Positions 25,774 through 39,000 of a stretch of DNA of 64,000 bases are shown here, piece after piece. The first letter of the stretch is position 1. The number at the start of each line of letters is the position of its first letter. The DNA comes from Setoptus koraiensis (Eukaryota; Animalia; Arthropoda), in NCBI GenBank assembly GCA_048013815.1, contig CM106585.1:1240001-1304000 (forward strand), given 5' to 3'. The notes below the pieces were generated by a model. The model saw nothing but the letters and a program-made list of their open reading frames with translations. It ran no database searches and was not told the origin of the DNA. A program made the translations under genes and the position numbers.

Positions 25774-27447
25774 GATCTCATAAATGAACTTGTCTGTGTT
25801 ATATAAATAGATCCTCTAAAAGAAGAAAATTTTCTTGATATTCTTTGCGTTCACTTCATTGCTTACAGCTTCGACGGGATAATGATCGTCTCTCGATAAA
25901 TTAGTACTTAAGCAGTTCCATTTACCCACAACTATTCTATGAATGCATTCCAGATTCAGTATCATCATCAGTCTTTTTATTCCTTGTTTGATTAATCTGT
26001 CCTGCTGTAACTCACATTAAACAATATTGTAGCCACGAACAGCAGGCACTCTAACAAATTGGCGATTGTTTTCCGATAAAAATTGACCTTTTTTTTGTTT
26101 ATGGTTGATCGTTCCGACACACCCTTTTGGCAAAGTTTTCCGCTTCGTGATTTATCTTGATTTTTGTCAGTTGGTGGAAAGAAAAATCGTAATCTTATGC
26201 AACTCTCTTGATCACTCTCAGACACTATGGGTGTAATGAATCCTCAATTTGTTAGCCTTGATAGTTGTTACAATATCCGGCGCAGCTGATTTTCTCAGAA
26301 TAAACCATCATGGGGTCCCATTGGAATGCAGTTCATTAGGATGCATCACATTTAAATATCAGTTATAAACAGCTGAAGTGATGTACGAATAAGAAAATAA
26401 TATTCTTTTGAATCATGCTCGATACTTCCCTGTTTTACCGGAAATACAGTTTGTTAACTTTCCACAATGCAAAGTTATGAAGTGTGCTCTCTGTTAGATG
26501 AACCATCCAACTCAACCGTCTGACGTGACTATTTAGCACTAGAAGTGAGATTGATTACGGTGGCATTCCCAGGACATCGAATGAAAGATTAATTCATTTC
26601 ATAGAGGATGGCTGCGATTTATAATTTGTTGAATACAAAGTGCAGTTTTCGTAGTAATTTTTCGAAACTGTCTAGGGTTTAGAACACTCTTGACATTATC
26701 ATTATTTTCCTACTTGAGACTGTTACTAGCGGCGCCTTGGTCAGTGCAGCCAGAAAACAATTGGTCAATCAGGCTTGTGACTTGTCGCTTGTTGATTCAG
26801 ATACAACCTCTTGTTGTCTCATAATATGTCAGTGGACTATAAGACAATGTCTCTGATGGACATTGAAGAGTTTGATGCATGCAACTAGCAACTTTAAACA
26901 CACAGAGTTTGAGTGGTCTGTATAAAACAAAAGAAGCAAAGGTGGACATATGAAGACAACGAGTGGTTTGTTGTCTTTATTACAAGAAAGGCGAGCGAGG
27001 GCGAGCTGATCAGCAGCATCGACAAATGAGTGCTTCAGTATTTACTGCTTGAGAGGAGAAGAAAATAATGATAAATGGCCAGTTGTCATTAGCGTTAAGA
27101 GGGAGAGAGAGAGAGAATCTTTAATGTCCACTACACAATATTCGGGCTCGTATGGGGTAAAGGGGAAGTAGACAGAAAATCACACTTGATTTGTAGGTGG
27201 CAAGCCGTGCGCAGGCAACGGACAATGGATAGTGCGAGAGAGGGGAAATATAGAGAGTAAGTGATAATGATCAACTCTTTTTACTAGATTAAATTGTTTC
27301 AGCGCCATGCAACGAGTATATAAATAAAGAGTTTTCTTTGCATGCATTGCTCCATTTCGATAGTCTTGGCCACATAATTGTATAGGGCCATTTGTTAGTT
27401 GGTTGCATGTGATGGTCATTTTAGCTAGATGGCTTGTTCAAACAAAA

Positions 27448-27482
<35 letters not shown>

Positions 27483-29131
27483 ATAACAGCGGCACCAGCA
27501 ACTACAGCAACAACAACAACGACAACAAAGAAGCGAATATGCGAATTTAATGATGAAGTAAACTCATATTTGTTCAACTGTTGTCACAGCATTAGTGGCC
27601 GCTTCTCTTCACTCCCGTAGATTGGTTAATGAATGAAATTTTGAAACAAATAAAAACAAAAAGTGCTCTTGTCGGTGCTGGCTTGAGTCGTCTATGCATC
27701 GTCATGGAGGAAGTTATAGCCACAAGACTAACCACTTGTTGTTAGCCACGGCTGTCACTAGCACTTGCCGCCACTGTTGCATCAAGTGTTGCCAGTGTTC
27801 AGAGTCGGCGCAAGCGGCAGCTAAGATCAACTATGAGAGATATAATTACATATGACTGTTTTCGTCTTATTGTTGTTGCTGTTGTGGTCATTCAACAATA
27901 AGCAGCAGCACCGCTAATAGTGGCAACGTCAATCCATGGGAGACACTGTTGCAGTGTTGTTATTGTTGCTGCTGTTATCATTGTTGTCGTCCAAACATAA
28001 ACAAGCCAGGCATAAGCCTCTCTCTTGTAGACACACGTTGCATGCTGTTGACTAGCTAACATCATTAGCTTGAAAGGATCGTAAAAACAAACAAAATTCC
28101 AGGTAGTAAATTCTGGCCAATTCTAGCAGCTGAGCGCTTCTTGGCGGCTGCAACGGTCGCCTTGGTTGCTGGCAGAGAGAGAGAGAGAGAGCGAAAGTGT
28201 GTCTTTGGGCCACGCGACATGACAGCGCGAAATGGCATCGCGCAAATTGACCACTAGCGGACAGTGCAACAGCAACAACAGGTTGTAGTGGCAAGAGAGT
28301 TGAATGATCTTCTTTTTGGTCTAGGCACAACAAGAGTAAGTGTTACTGTTTGTTCGCTTCTCGATATCTGCTTGTGTGTTTCCTGTTGCTCTTGTATGGC
28401 TGTCATGGACAACTTAGAGAACAGAAGAGAACACATTTTGTTGTTAAAATGAGCACTCTATCTAGTCACTAGATTCGTGTGAGAGAGACACAAACTTTTG
28501 ACACTCATCATCAACTTGAGCTAGTTGATGCTTATCTACATCACTCAATCAGACGTTCAATCGACTTGCCGAGGCCAATCTCACTGGCCAGTTATTAATC
28601 ACAACAAACTATCGTTTATCTGCGTGAGTTGAGGCCCCCGCTTTTGGCGGCTAAACACACACATGTTACACAATGTCTCACAATTCACTGATTAACAAGT
28701 GAATTGTAAGTGAATGAGTGATGTGATGCTATCTGCATACACTGTAACGTATTGATGTTGCTGTTGACTAGACAACAACATGATTGTGCAATTGTCACAC
28801 ACATTATTATTAGCATGCTAATGAAACAACACGCTAAATAGTGATGTGGGCTTAAGATGCCATTTTCATTAGTTGCTAGTTAATGATTTATTATAGCGTT
28901 TGCATCATCACTGCGATCATCACTGGCAGTGTAATTTTGTAGTGCGTCGTTTGTCTCATTTAGTTCAATTGGTTCATTTAGCTCATTATGGGCTAAATGA
29001 GTGCAATGTGCGTAATCAGATGCAAAGTGACTTGTGATGAAGCCATTGCACAGATAAACACACACAGTTGATTGGCCAAAAGAGAGATAGAAACAATACT
29101 TTGTCTGATCGTTACATGTTGACTAACTGCA

Positions 29132-29215
29132 GTTGTTGATGCAGTTGTTGATGCAGTTGATAATGCGGTTGATAATGCGGTTGCTTGTGCGGTTGCTTGT
29201 GCGGTTGCTCATGTG
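29132..29215. repeat. 12-bp tandem array, 7 units in identical adjacent pairs
   Basis: GTTGTTGATGCA x2, GTTGATAATGCG x2, GTTGCTTGTGCG x2, GTTGCTCATGTG. Confidence 0.9.
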
Positions 29216-30321
29216 ATCACATTGAGCGACTTGCAACAATAGACACATATTATTTCATCATAAGCAAACAGTTATGTTAGACGAGTTGATTTGTGCGTGC
29301 GTGGGCCACAATCAACCTATTGCAAGTTGCAACAATAACTCACTGGCTTGTGTCCATTTGTGTATAGAATCCATTTGGCATGACTATATAACTAAATGAC
29401 CATATGACCATTGAATACAGACACTCTGCTCTCTATCTCTCGTAATGACCAATATTGCCGCTAAAAGTTCAACTTGTGGATACACGCACAAAAGAATAGC
29501 CAACAGGTGAAATTGAAACAAAACAACAATTATGCTCGCTTGTGTCAAGCTCACCGTCTCTATGTTTGCATGTTTGTGTGTGTGTGTGTTTGTTTGTGTG
29601 TTTGTGCATCAATTATAAAGCTTTCACTTGATTAAAAGAGTTTACTGTGATTTGTTTAGTTGGTCAGTCAGTTTGGTTTGGTTTTGCCTAACTAGCTGAT
29701 TGTTGTGCATGCAACAGCAACTGTTGTTGTGGCCATCATGATCATCGTCGTCGTCGTCGTCGTCGTCATGTTGTTAGTTCGTTCAGGAATAAATCGATAA
29801 AGATCCCAGCTCTTGATGGATCGTGGTTGCGTAAGAGCAGATGCTTGCACTGTTGTTGTCGACGCTATTGTTGTCAGTGGTCAGTTAGATGAATGAGTCG
29901 CAGTTTAACACACACACACACACACAATGTGTTTATCTTGTGAATCAATTGATCATTTGAGCCACACACACACTCATCTGACAGTCACTCATCTGGTTTG
30001 GTCGTCATGATTCAACAGTAAGTAACGGTGAGTGCATGCTCATGTTGTGTGTGTGTGTGGTTGGTTTATAAATAGTGCTCCATGAATCATATTATAAATT
30101 AAGGGTCACACCGATGAACAAATGATTATCACTTTCAGTTGACCACTGGCCATCACACAAGCCGGCTCCTTGCAGCATGCCTAACGGTGGCTCATCTGCC
30201 AATCAAATTGTTACATACAGCAAACATTTAGTTTCGTTCACTTTATACCTTGCGTCATGTTTTTCCTTATTTTCTCACTCATCAACTTTTCTCTCTCTCT
30301 CTCTCTCTCTATGCGCCCTCT

Positions 30322-30361
30322 TGCAAGTTGATGCAAGTTGGTGCAAGCTGATGCAAGCTGA
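30322..30361. repeat. 10-bp tandem array (TGCAAGYTGR x4)
   Basis: TGCAAGTTGA TGCAAGTTGG TGCAAGCTGA TGCAAGCTGA. Confidence 0.8.
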
Positions 30362-30941
30362 TGCAGTTAGCAACCTGTTGTGTTTGCATGAATTAATAAC
30401 AACAATTGAAGTGTTTCCCTCTCATTAGGTCCGCTCATTTCAATATTTGACTGGAACAATATTGTTGCAACACTGCAAACTTTGTGTGTGTGTGTGTGTT
30501 AATTTAATTGGCCAATGATCCCGCCGGATAATTGTACGATCAAATGCGTGCACTCAATCATCAAATTGAGGCATTATTGCACCATTTCAAGTCAAGTATG
30601 CATAATTGCAACATATTTAACGCATTAATTAACTAAGCACAATCTCTAATTGTGTGTAAATTGACACTGTCGGCCCATATAAACAGTGGTCTCAATTACA
30701 ACACATTACATGTTATGTATTGTGTCTGACCAATAGAATCAATCTCAAACTGACCACATGTAACGGACGCCTCTAATTGGCCAATGACGCGCCATACCGA
30801 GAGGACATGCCGTGAAACAACGCGTGCCCATTAGTGTGACTCACAAGTTGTGAGTTGTTGCGCAACAACAACAATCGCTTACACCTGTCGTGTGTGTCGG
30901 GTGAGATAACGGAGCGAACAAGTCACAAAACGGTGTGCACG

Positions 30942-31031
30942 CCAACAGAATTAGCCAACAGAATTAGCCAACAGAATTGGCCAACAGAATTGGCCAACAG
31001 AACTGACCAACAGAACTGACCAACAAAATGG
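30942..31031. repeat. 13-bp tandem array, units in identical adjacent pairs
   Basis: CCAACAGAATTAG x2, CCAACAGAATTGG x2, CCAACAGAACTGA x2, then CCAACAAAATGG. Confidence 0.9.
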
Positions 31032-33334
31032 TTTGTGGTTTGTGGCGAACAGAGGAGAATTATTTGATTATCCGCTTTGTTGTTCTAGTTGATGTTAGAT
31101 GTGTGTTCAATCAACATGATAGCGCAATTGAATGATTGCGCAACTAATCTCACTGTCGCTAGTGTTTGTGCAGACACACACAAACACAAACTGATTTGGT
31201 TAGCTTGTTTGCTGCTGGTCGCTTCTTTCACGGCCTTCAACGAAATCGCGCCGACACACTCGATTTGCATTTATGTGTGCAGTTGTGTGAGTGTGTGCCA
31301 GGCATCAAAAACGGACCCAACAAGACAGAACAAAAAGGAATAAATAATAATAAAAAGTTGTTCATCTTTTCACAGTCTTACAATGTTGTAAAGTAAGCAC
31401 AGCCAGTTGTGGGTGCCAAGCAAGCAAATTCAAATTCATTGAATGAGAATGTGCGCCAAAAAAGAGAATAGATCGATTCTGCAACTAGCGCCACCAACCA
31501 ACTAACGGCCAGCAAGACACTTGTCCAATAAGGGCGCTTGTTGTACCAGTTAGTTAGTTTCAGTTTAGTCACAATAACGCTCTTATTACTACAACAACTT
31601 TTAACAACTGCCCCTTTTACTGCCAATGCCACAAGTGGCGCCCTCCACTTCCTGTGCACTCCGAACTAATAGTAGAAACAATAACAATATTTGACATGAA
31701 CAGTTATGTTACGTAAGTGTGATGCGGCCACACACAATGTTATCGAATATTTCATTGCTTACTCTGTTCGCCTGTTCCTTGTTGTTGTTGTTGCTGGTTG
31801 ATGTTGATGCTGTTGTTGTTGATGCTGCTGCTGCTGCTGTTGTTGCGGCATCGCTTGATTATTTCGTGCTAGCAACAGCAACACACAGTTAACTAACTGG
31901 CCATGTTAGCAAGCGCATGAATCGTTAGCCAATTTCGAGTGTACGATGATGATAATTGTTATGGTTTTTAATCGCTTTGTTGGCTGCATCCAGTGCGTTT
32001 ATCATGTCGAGCCATGGCACCCAATGAATACGGATGTAGTAGAATTTTGAAAGGCGAACCATCATCATTACTATACCAACACTGATAAATTGAGCATATT
32101 TTTGTGATTCAACAGCAACTGCTTCATGATGTCGCCTCATCGATTCGCAAATGACAGTCGACAACTGAGCAACAAATCAAGTGACAGTCGCATCACATGC
32201 TAATAGCTTCATTTGTGGTTCGCTTCAAAGTTGAAACATGCAATATCCAAATGCAAATTTGAATTGATCCGATGCGAGCTGCTCAAAACAGAACACAACA
32301 CAATTGAATACAACCAACACTCACACTGTTAGCAATGGATAATTGCGATTGTTCTGTCCAATAATCAACAATGTTCAATGATTATTCATCATTAGCCACT
32401 TGCTCTTATTGTGTCAATAATGTTATAGCAAACTCACTTATTGTCTAAATCATTGATTGTTTGACAAAGTCCCACTAACACACTGCCAGACACTGTCTCG
32501 AAGACACTGTCTTGGCGAGATTTGAAATTTGCGCCAAAGTCGCTGGCCAGATTGGCTAACACGAGTAAGAAATGGATGCTTGCAAGTTACAACAAAAAGA
32601 AGGAGGGGCCAATGTTGGCTAGCTTAAGAATTAAGAAGAATGCAAACGCTGCTAAAAAAATTGCATCGGATGCGCATGCTCACTAAGTAGGTAAAGAACA
32701 TGGCTATAGCAAGCGAATCACTCTCACTAAGTTTGCGCACAGGTAGCATAGAGAAGGAAAAAGTAACGGTACACCTGTCGCTTGTTGGTATCTTTTCATG
32801 CTCACAAGCTTGTCAGTCGAGTAAAGCCAAGCGAAGCAACAATAAAGATCTGCCTACTTTGGCAAGCGAGCCAGCACATGTTTTGGCTATTCTATTTTAG
32901 TTAATGCAATAAAGGTAGTGAAAGTCATCTAAATGTTTGTTTGTGTAGCTGCACGTTTGCATGATCAACATGATGAATATCAGCGTGAGGCGACACTGAC
33001 ATCCAATAGTGTAATGGTGCTTAAATGGAGAATTTACAGATTGTTATAATGCATCAAATAAACAACAACAACAATCAGTCATTTGCACAAATGAACTTGA
33101 CCACATTGGATCAGCCAAGCCGAGCCAAGCCAAGACAAGCCAGGCAAAGCAAAGTTTGCATTTGCTTAATCAACAGCATGTCAACTTGAAGAATTGTTTT
33201 CTCTACATAGAAAAGCATCATTGTCATTTAATCAACTTCAATCAATCACATATAAATAACCGGAAATTGGTTGTGCAATCAGCAAATTAATTAATTGTCA
33301 ATCCAAGTGACAAACGAACGAAAGTCAATAGTGA

Positions 33335-33788
33335 ATGCGTACACGTATGCACACAACCAGTACAGTCAGTATGAATGACGTAACTGAAACTAATAGATTA
33401 GCCATGGCCAATGCTATTAATGAGCGGCCCGTGTTGATAAAAAAAGGTGCCAACATTACAATTAGGTTACTACTATTCATGAGCGCCACAATAATACTGT
33501 TATTGTCGCTTTGTACACTATTGACACATGTCCAATCATACGATCACACGAATCACCACAACTACCAACAACAGTCACTATTGTCGCTGCACTCTTACAG
33601 GCGACATCATCGTTTGAGGAGAGCAACAACAGCAACAACAACAACGACAACAGCCCAGATGAAGCAGCATCAAAATGGCCCATTGCCACTGCAACCAAAA
33701 CAACAATTAGCTCCTATTCATCAGTTGCGTCAGAAGCGCAACATTGGTGCTCAATCTTCTAGCTCGCCAATGAGCAACAATAACAAAG
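33335..33788 (+). CDS. Probable first coding exon of the fasciclin gene (signal peptide plus basic propeptide)
   Basis: Hydrophobic LLLFMSATIILLLSLCTLLTHVQS, then RRHHRLRR and RQKR. Strong AAG/GTAAGT phase-1 donor at 33789, compatible with the acceptor at 56413. The main fasciclin exon has no signal peptide of its own. Confidence 0.6.
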
Positions 33789-35375
33789 GTAAGTGCAAGT
33801 TGCCTGTGCATTTTGCGTATATGCAGTCATCGTGTCAGATGAGCATTTTATATTTGAATTTGGCCAGTTATTTCATTCAAATCAATTGAGCATCTCACTC
33901 TATTGACAATTGTGAGTGTCTCGAGTGATTAAAAAGAAGCTGATCAATTAAAAGTGCCAATGACATTGGTGGCATTAGTTTTGTTTAAAAGCAACTGCTA
34001 CTTGTTGAGCCCTCTGTCACATCAACTACCAGTTTTTAAACAAATCAAGCAAGCAACGAACTAAAATTAAACAGCATAACAGTCGTGAGCTTTGTTACAG
34101 GTTCATTGTTATATATTTTTATTTATTTTTATTTGCTGCTGCTTCAACTAACAACAATTGTAATTAGCCAAAGAGAGAAGCCCAATTAGAACAATTGGTA
34201 ATAATGCTACCAGTTAATGCAACCACACAGTTGAACTTGATATAAAATCAATCAAGCAAGAGTTAAATCATCCTCATCATCATCATTATCGAAAGTCATT
34301 ATAGTAATCAGACATTTGTGTGTTTAGTCTTTATTTTGGTGGTTGCATTGGTTAGTTTAGAGGTTGCATTGGTTAGTTGGTTCGGTTGATTGGTTGGTTG
34401 GTTGGTCGGTCGGTGGGTTTGGTGAGCAGTCACACTAATCAATGTCGTTCGTTTGTTGGAGCTATCAAAATGTTTGAAGGTTGAGCTGACTTACTCACAA
34501 GCTGTCTGACAATCGTCACTGGTGATGTTTGCATGAAAAATAGCGCGTTAAAACAAGGAAATAACACAATGATAACACTCTCACACATTTGCTCTCATGT
34601 ATGTACGTTGTCTATTCATTGTCAGCATTCACTCATTTATTTCATCAGATTCATCGACAAAAGCAAGTGAGAGATCAGTCAATTCAGTCGATTCAGGAGT
34701 CGAGGTTTCGCAGAAGAATTGCCAACGTGCCATATTGGTTGTCATCGTATTGTAGTGGTAGCAGCAACATACAACAGGTTGCTGGCGACAGTGCAATGTG
34801 CGTGTCATCACTTTCGTTAGCTTGTTGCATAAGCGTGCGAATTGCGCAATATTATCAGCACGGTAGAGGCAGAAAAATGATTGATTGCGACAATACAAAC
34901 AGTGCAAACACATTGATATAATATGTGTATGATTCATTGAGATATTCCATTATCTTTTATCATCTTGCTTTTTGACACACCAACACACAAACACTGAGAC
35001 ACACAAACAAACGAAACATCTCTCTTTATTTATTACTGTATGAGTGCAATTTATTCAGGTTCCCTATGAGCTCTCACTGACAGTGTGTGATTGACAATAA
35101 TGACAATCATATGACAAGTGTTTGTTTGTTTGTGTGTGCATGTGCGCATCAATTCAAACCGACCAACACAAGCTGACCAACCGAACAGCTGACCGAGTGA
35201 CCAAAGTGACGACACTCGTGTAATCTGCGGCTCACCAACAATATTTGCCCGCAACGGCTGGCAATTGTTTTCTCTGTGTTAATTTAAATGACTGAAAGAG
35301 AAAAGAATTGCCGCTCACGACGAAATTTACCTGTTGCCGGCTTGGGCGTGTGGTCAGTCAACAGGGCAGCAGCAA

Positions 35376-35409
<34 letters not shown>

Positions 35410-36059
35410 CACAACAATGTGCTCATTTTGGCCAGTTAAGCGCGCTTGTGTGATTAATGATAAAGATGTCACCACAGTGAATGTGCGGTTGCGCTTGTTG
35501 GACGATGTAACACTAAGACAGCGACACTAACGGCAAATTAACATTTGCATATTTATTGTTCAATTGTTCTATGCACATTACACAGTGTGCAACGGTTGTT
35601 GTTTTAGCACCCTGTCAACAGATAGCAACACTACACTGTGTGTTTAAGTGGCAATAACCAAATTGAATATTGGCAACGGTCACGGCGACAATGCGTCGCT
35701 GCTGTTGCTTTCTCAACTCGATGTGGCCAACCAATTTATGGGCCAAACAGTTTCAGTCAATCGATGAGGATAATGTCATTATCGCTGAGCGACAAGCGAC
35801 AAGCAACAGGCTAATTCAAAAAGCGATCGAGTGCTTACCGGAGGGCGTCGGTCGCCCACTGGTTTTAAGTGGCTGTATTTGCATAATGGCATGGCAAACT
35901 GTGCGATACGACCTGGCTTGTTGGGCATCTCAGCGCAACCTAACGCAACCAGTTAGTTAGTGAGTGAGTGAATATTTGTAATTGAGTTTGATCAATTTAG
36001 GCACCATGACAAGCCAAGAGAATCGCCCAAACGAAATTGGTACGCGACGAGGGCAATTT

Positions 36060-36090
<31 letters not shown>

Positions 36091-39000
36091 TTTCATTCGT
36101 GTTTGTATTCGTGACGCCATTGGTGCCATTGATGAATCGGTGCGTGCACAAGTGCAGTTGCTTGCGATGATTGCTTGTCAAACTGTGCGATTGCCAAATT
36201 GTCAAGTTCAAACAAATCAACATCCGTTTCTTGTATATCGGTTGTGTGTCGATAATGTCAAACTTGTGCGTGCACAATCTCGCTTTTTGTTGTTAGCTCA
36301 TCTCGACTCAATCATTTCGAAAGAGCGTGGGTGGCAAGCCAAGCAACCGATAACTGTGACTGCTTAATTAGCTAGTTAGTTTCACTGCACTATTGGTGGC
36401 GATTTTTGGGCGCATCCTGGGTCGCGCGCCCAATAATTCATCTCTTGTCCCGTCATCTGTTCTTCTGTCATCTGTCATGTGTTGCGCTGTCAGCTGTTGT
36501 GCTGTCATCTGTTGTCACAGTGGGGCCTATTGAGCCTTCATTAATAGTGTGTCGGCACAGTTATAAGTTGAACACAAATCACCAATTCACCTGTTATATT
36601 GGACCTGTGTATAGTGAGCGTGTTACAGGTTGTGCCAATCAGCTCAACTCACAACTTGTGACTCCCAAGTCAGCCGGCTGTTGTGTGGTTGCGCATTGCA
36701 CACTGACAACAACTGTGCAACAACTGTACAACAACTGTACAACAAAAACAAAAACAGTAGTACACGAATATTGTTTGGCCATTACGACAATTGTTAGATT
36801 TGTTGTTGGAGAATATAAATCATGAGAGGGATTGTGTCACGCTGTTAGTGATCGCTTGCTGTGCCAAGTGTCACACACACACACACTGTGTGACAGAGCA
36901 GGCATATTTGCATAAATAACTTGCTCTTGCTTGGCTATAAGCACGATAAGATTACCTGTGCTGGGCACGCATCTTTGCGTGTTGTCACACATATGACACA
37001 CTTGACAATCGTCATTGTAACTTGTGCACTGGCAACCAATCAGCTTGAATTGTCTAACCAGCAACAATGAACAGCAACAGCGAGTTGACATGTAAATAAT
37101 AACTGTGTTATCACCTTACCTGTATATTGTGTCTGGCGCCTTACCTGGCAGTGGCAGTCACTTTATTGGCGCAACTGCTTGTTTTGCATCTGACAATTGT
37201 GAATATGAAGCCATATATCCAATAATGCTCGTCAGCTGCTTGCATTGGCCGCATTGGCTTGCACTTACTGGCTGGCTGATTACTGGCGATCGAGTCAGTC
37301 GGCGCCCAACTCGATCGATTGCGATTTGGCCAGACGCTCGCTCTCTGTCACCTGTCATGTCATGATTGACGACTCAATCCAACCTACACTGGCCAGTGTA
37401 ATTAAAACACATGCGATGTTGTTGCAAATGCGCTCGCTAAATCCATTTGTGCAAAAATGCAGACTAGATCGTGTCTGACCACTCACCGTTAATTGGCACA
37501 TATTAGTGCCAATGCATTGACGTAATGCCTTTTGGTTTCTTTTGTTGCTGCACACCATCAACTATTACTTTTGTAACTCATTTTGCCGGCTCGCTCGCTC
37601 TCTCGCCACTGAGATACCGCAACCGGAATCAGCGGCATCGAGCAGCATCGAGCAGCGTCGAGCAGCGCCGAGCAACATCTTGCACGGCAACACTCCGACA
37701 AGACAGGTTGCGTCACAAAGAGAGCGAGTCGGGTAATTACTGTTGCTATCGGTACACTTAGGTGTTACAGTTAGTCGCTGGCTTGATCAGTTGCATGGAC
37801 GCTGTATATTATTAGACCAATACAAAGCCGCATCATCTGGCGCCAGATAAATGGGCAACCGCATGTGGTGCTTACATAGAGCGTGATATATGAGATATAT
37901 GAAAATAACATGATAGATACCAACACAAACCATTCATGAATGTGCGCTATGAGTGCCCATCATGTGACGCACAATGTTAATACATGCAATAAGACGCAAA
38001 GCACAGCAAGCAAATCTCATTAACGAATAGCAATAGATGATAATTCAATCACATCCGTTATATTTCCGTTATTATCTATCATTCTGTCACATGTTGCCGC
38101 TGTGTTATTTTGCATAATAATCTCATTATCATCTCATTCCAGGATTAACTAAACTCTCGTTACTTTCACATACAATTGTGACACACTACTTATTAGACTA
38201 CTGGCTGTATGCATGCACACTTCCCATAAACGACCATGCTCACTAACATGCTCACTAGCAAAAACACCGGCTTACCCACTGTCGATAGAGCCTTCGATTT
38301 TTCCATTGTTTCTCTTATTTTAATGATGCTCAACTCTCTCTATTTTAACATATTGTCTGTCAGTTATACCAACCCAAACGAGACAGTCTTGTTTTGTTTT
38401 TTTGTTGCGATTATAACGTCGTCCTACGGCAACAAATAAGTGGCCTCATTATTTATAATATAATATAATGCCCCCTCAATCAACTTACAATCATAATGCG
38501 ACATGATTAACTGGAAATATTTCTCTCTTGCTCGTTCGTTCATTTGTCTTGTTGTGTCGACTTACTGTTACGCCGGTGAAATCAACATTACAATTTGTAG
38601 ATGAAAGTTGAGTTCTCAAACCGATAAAGCTGAACAACAATTTTATTTCGTGACACTAAACAATAACTGAGATCAACGATAACCGAGGGGCGCCAATAAT
38701 GAGACGAGGCATCTCAAATGAAAACAAGGCTCAACCAACCAAGTTGCCAGTGGCTGCCAGTTGAACTCTCAAACACCTAGACGATCGACGGTCAATGGTT
38801 GCACACGGTTTATATATTATATATTTCAACAACAACAATATTGATTGCGACACTGTCGTTGTTTCGTCAAGGGCGTCCAGCCTGTCAAGCGACAATCAAG
38901 TGTTTGTTTTTTAGCAATTGATGCCGGCCAACAACAGTGGTTAGTGTGGTGCCAATTTGATCAAATAATAACATTATATAATAATCGATCATCACCTGAG

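Noticed and set aside
29132-31031. Short regular arrays as possible CRISPR
   Set aside because: Units are contiguous with no unique spacers, there are no cas genes, and the context is eukaryotic.
36406-36825. 139-aa Cys/Val/Thr-rich ORF
   Set aside because: TTG start, no recognisable motif, includes tandem-repeat sequence and has no supporting splice structure.
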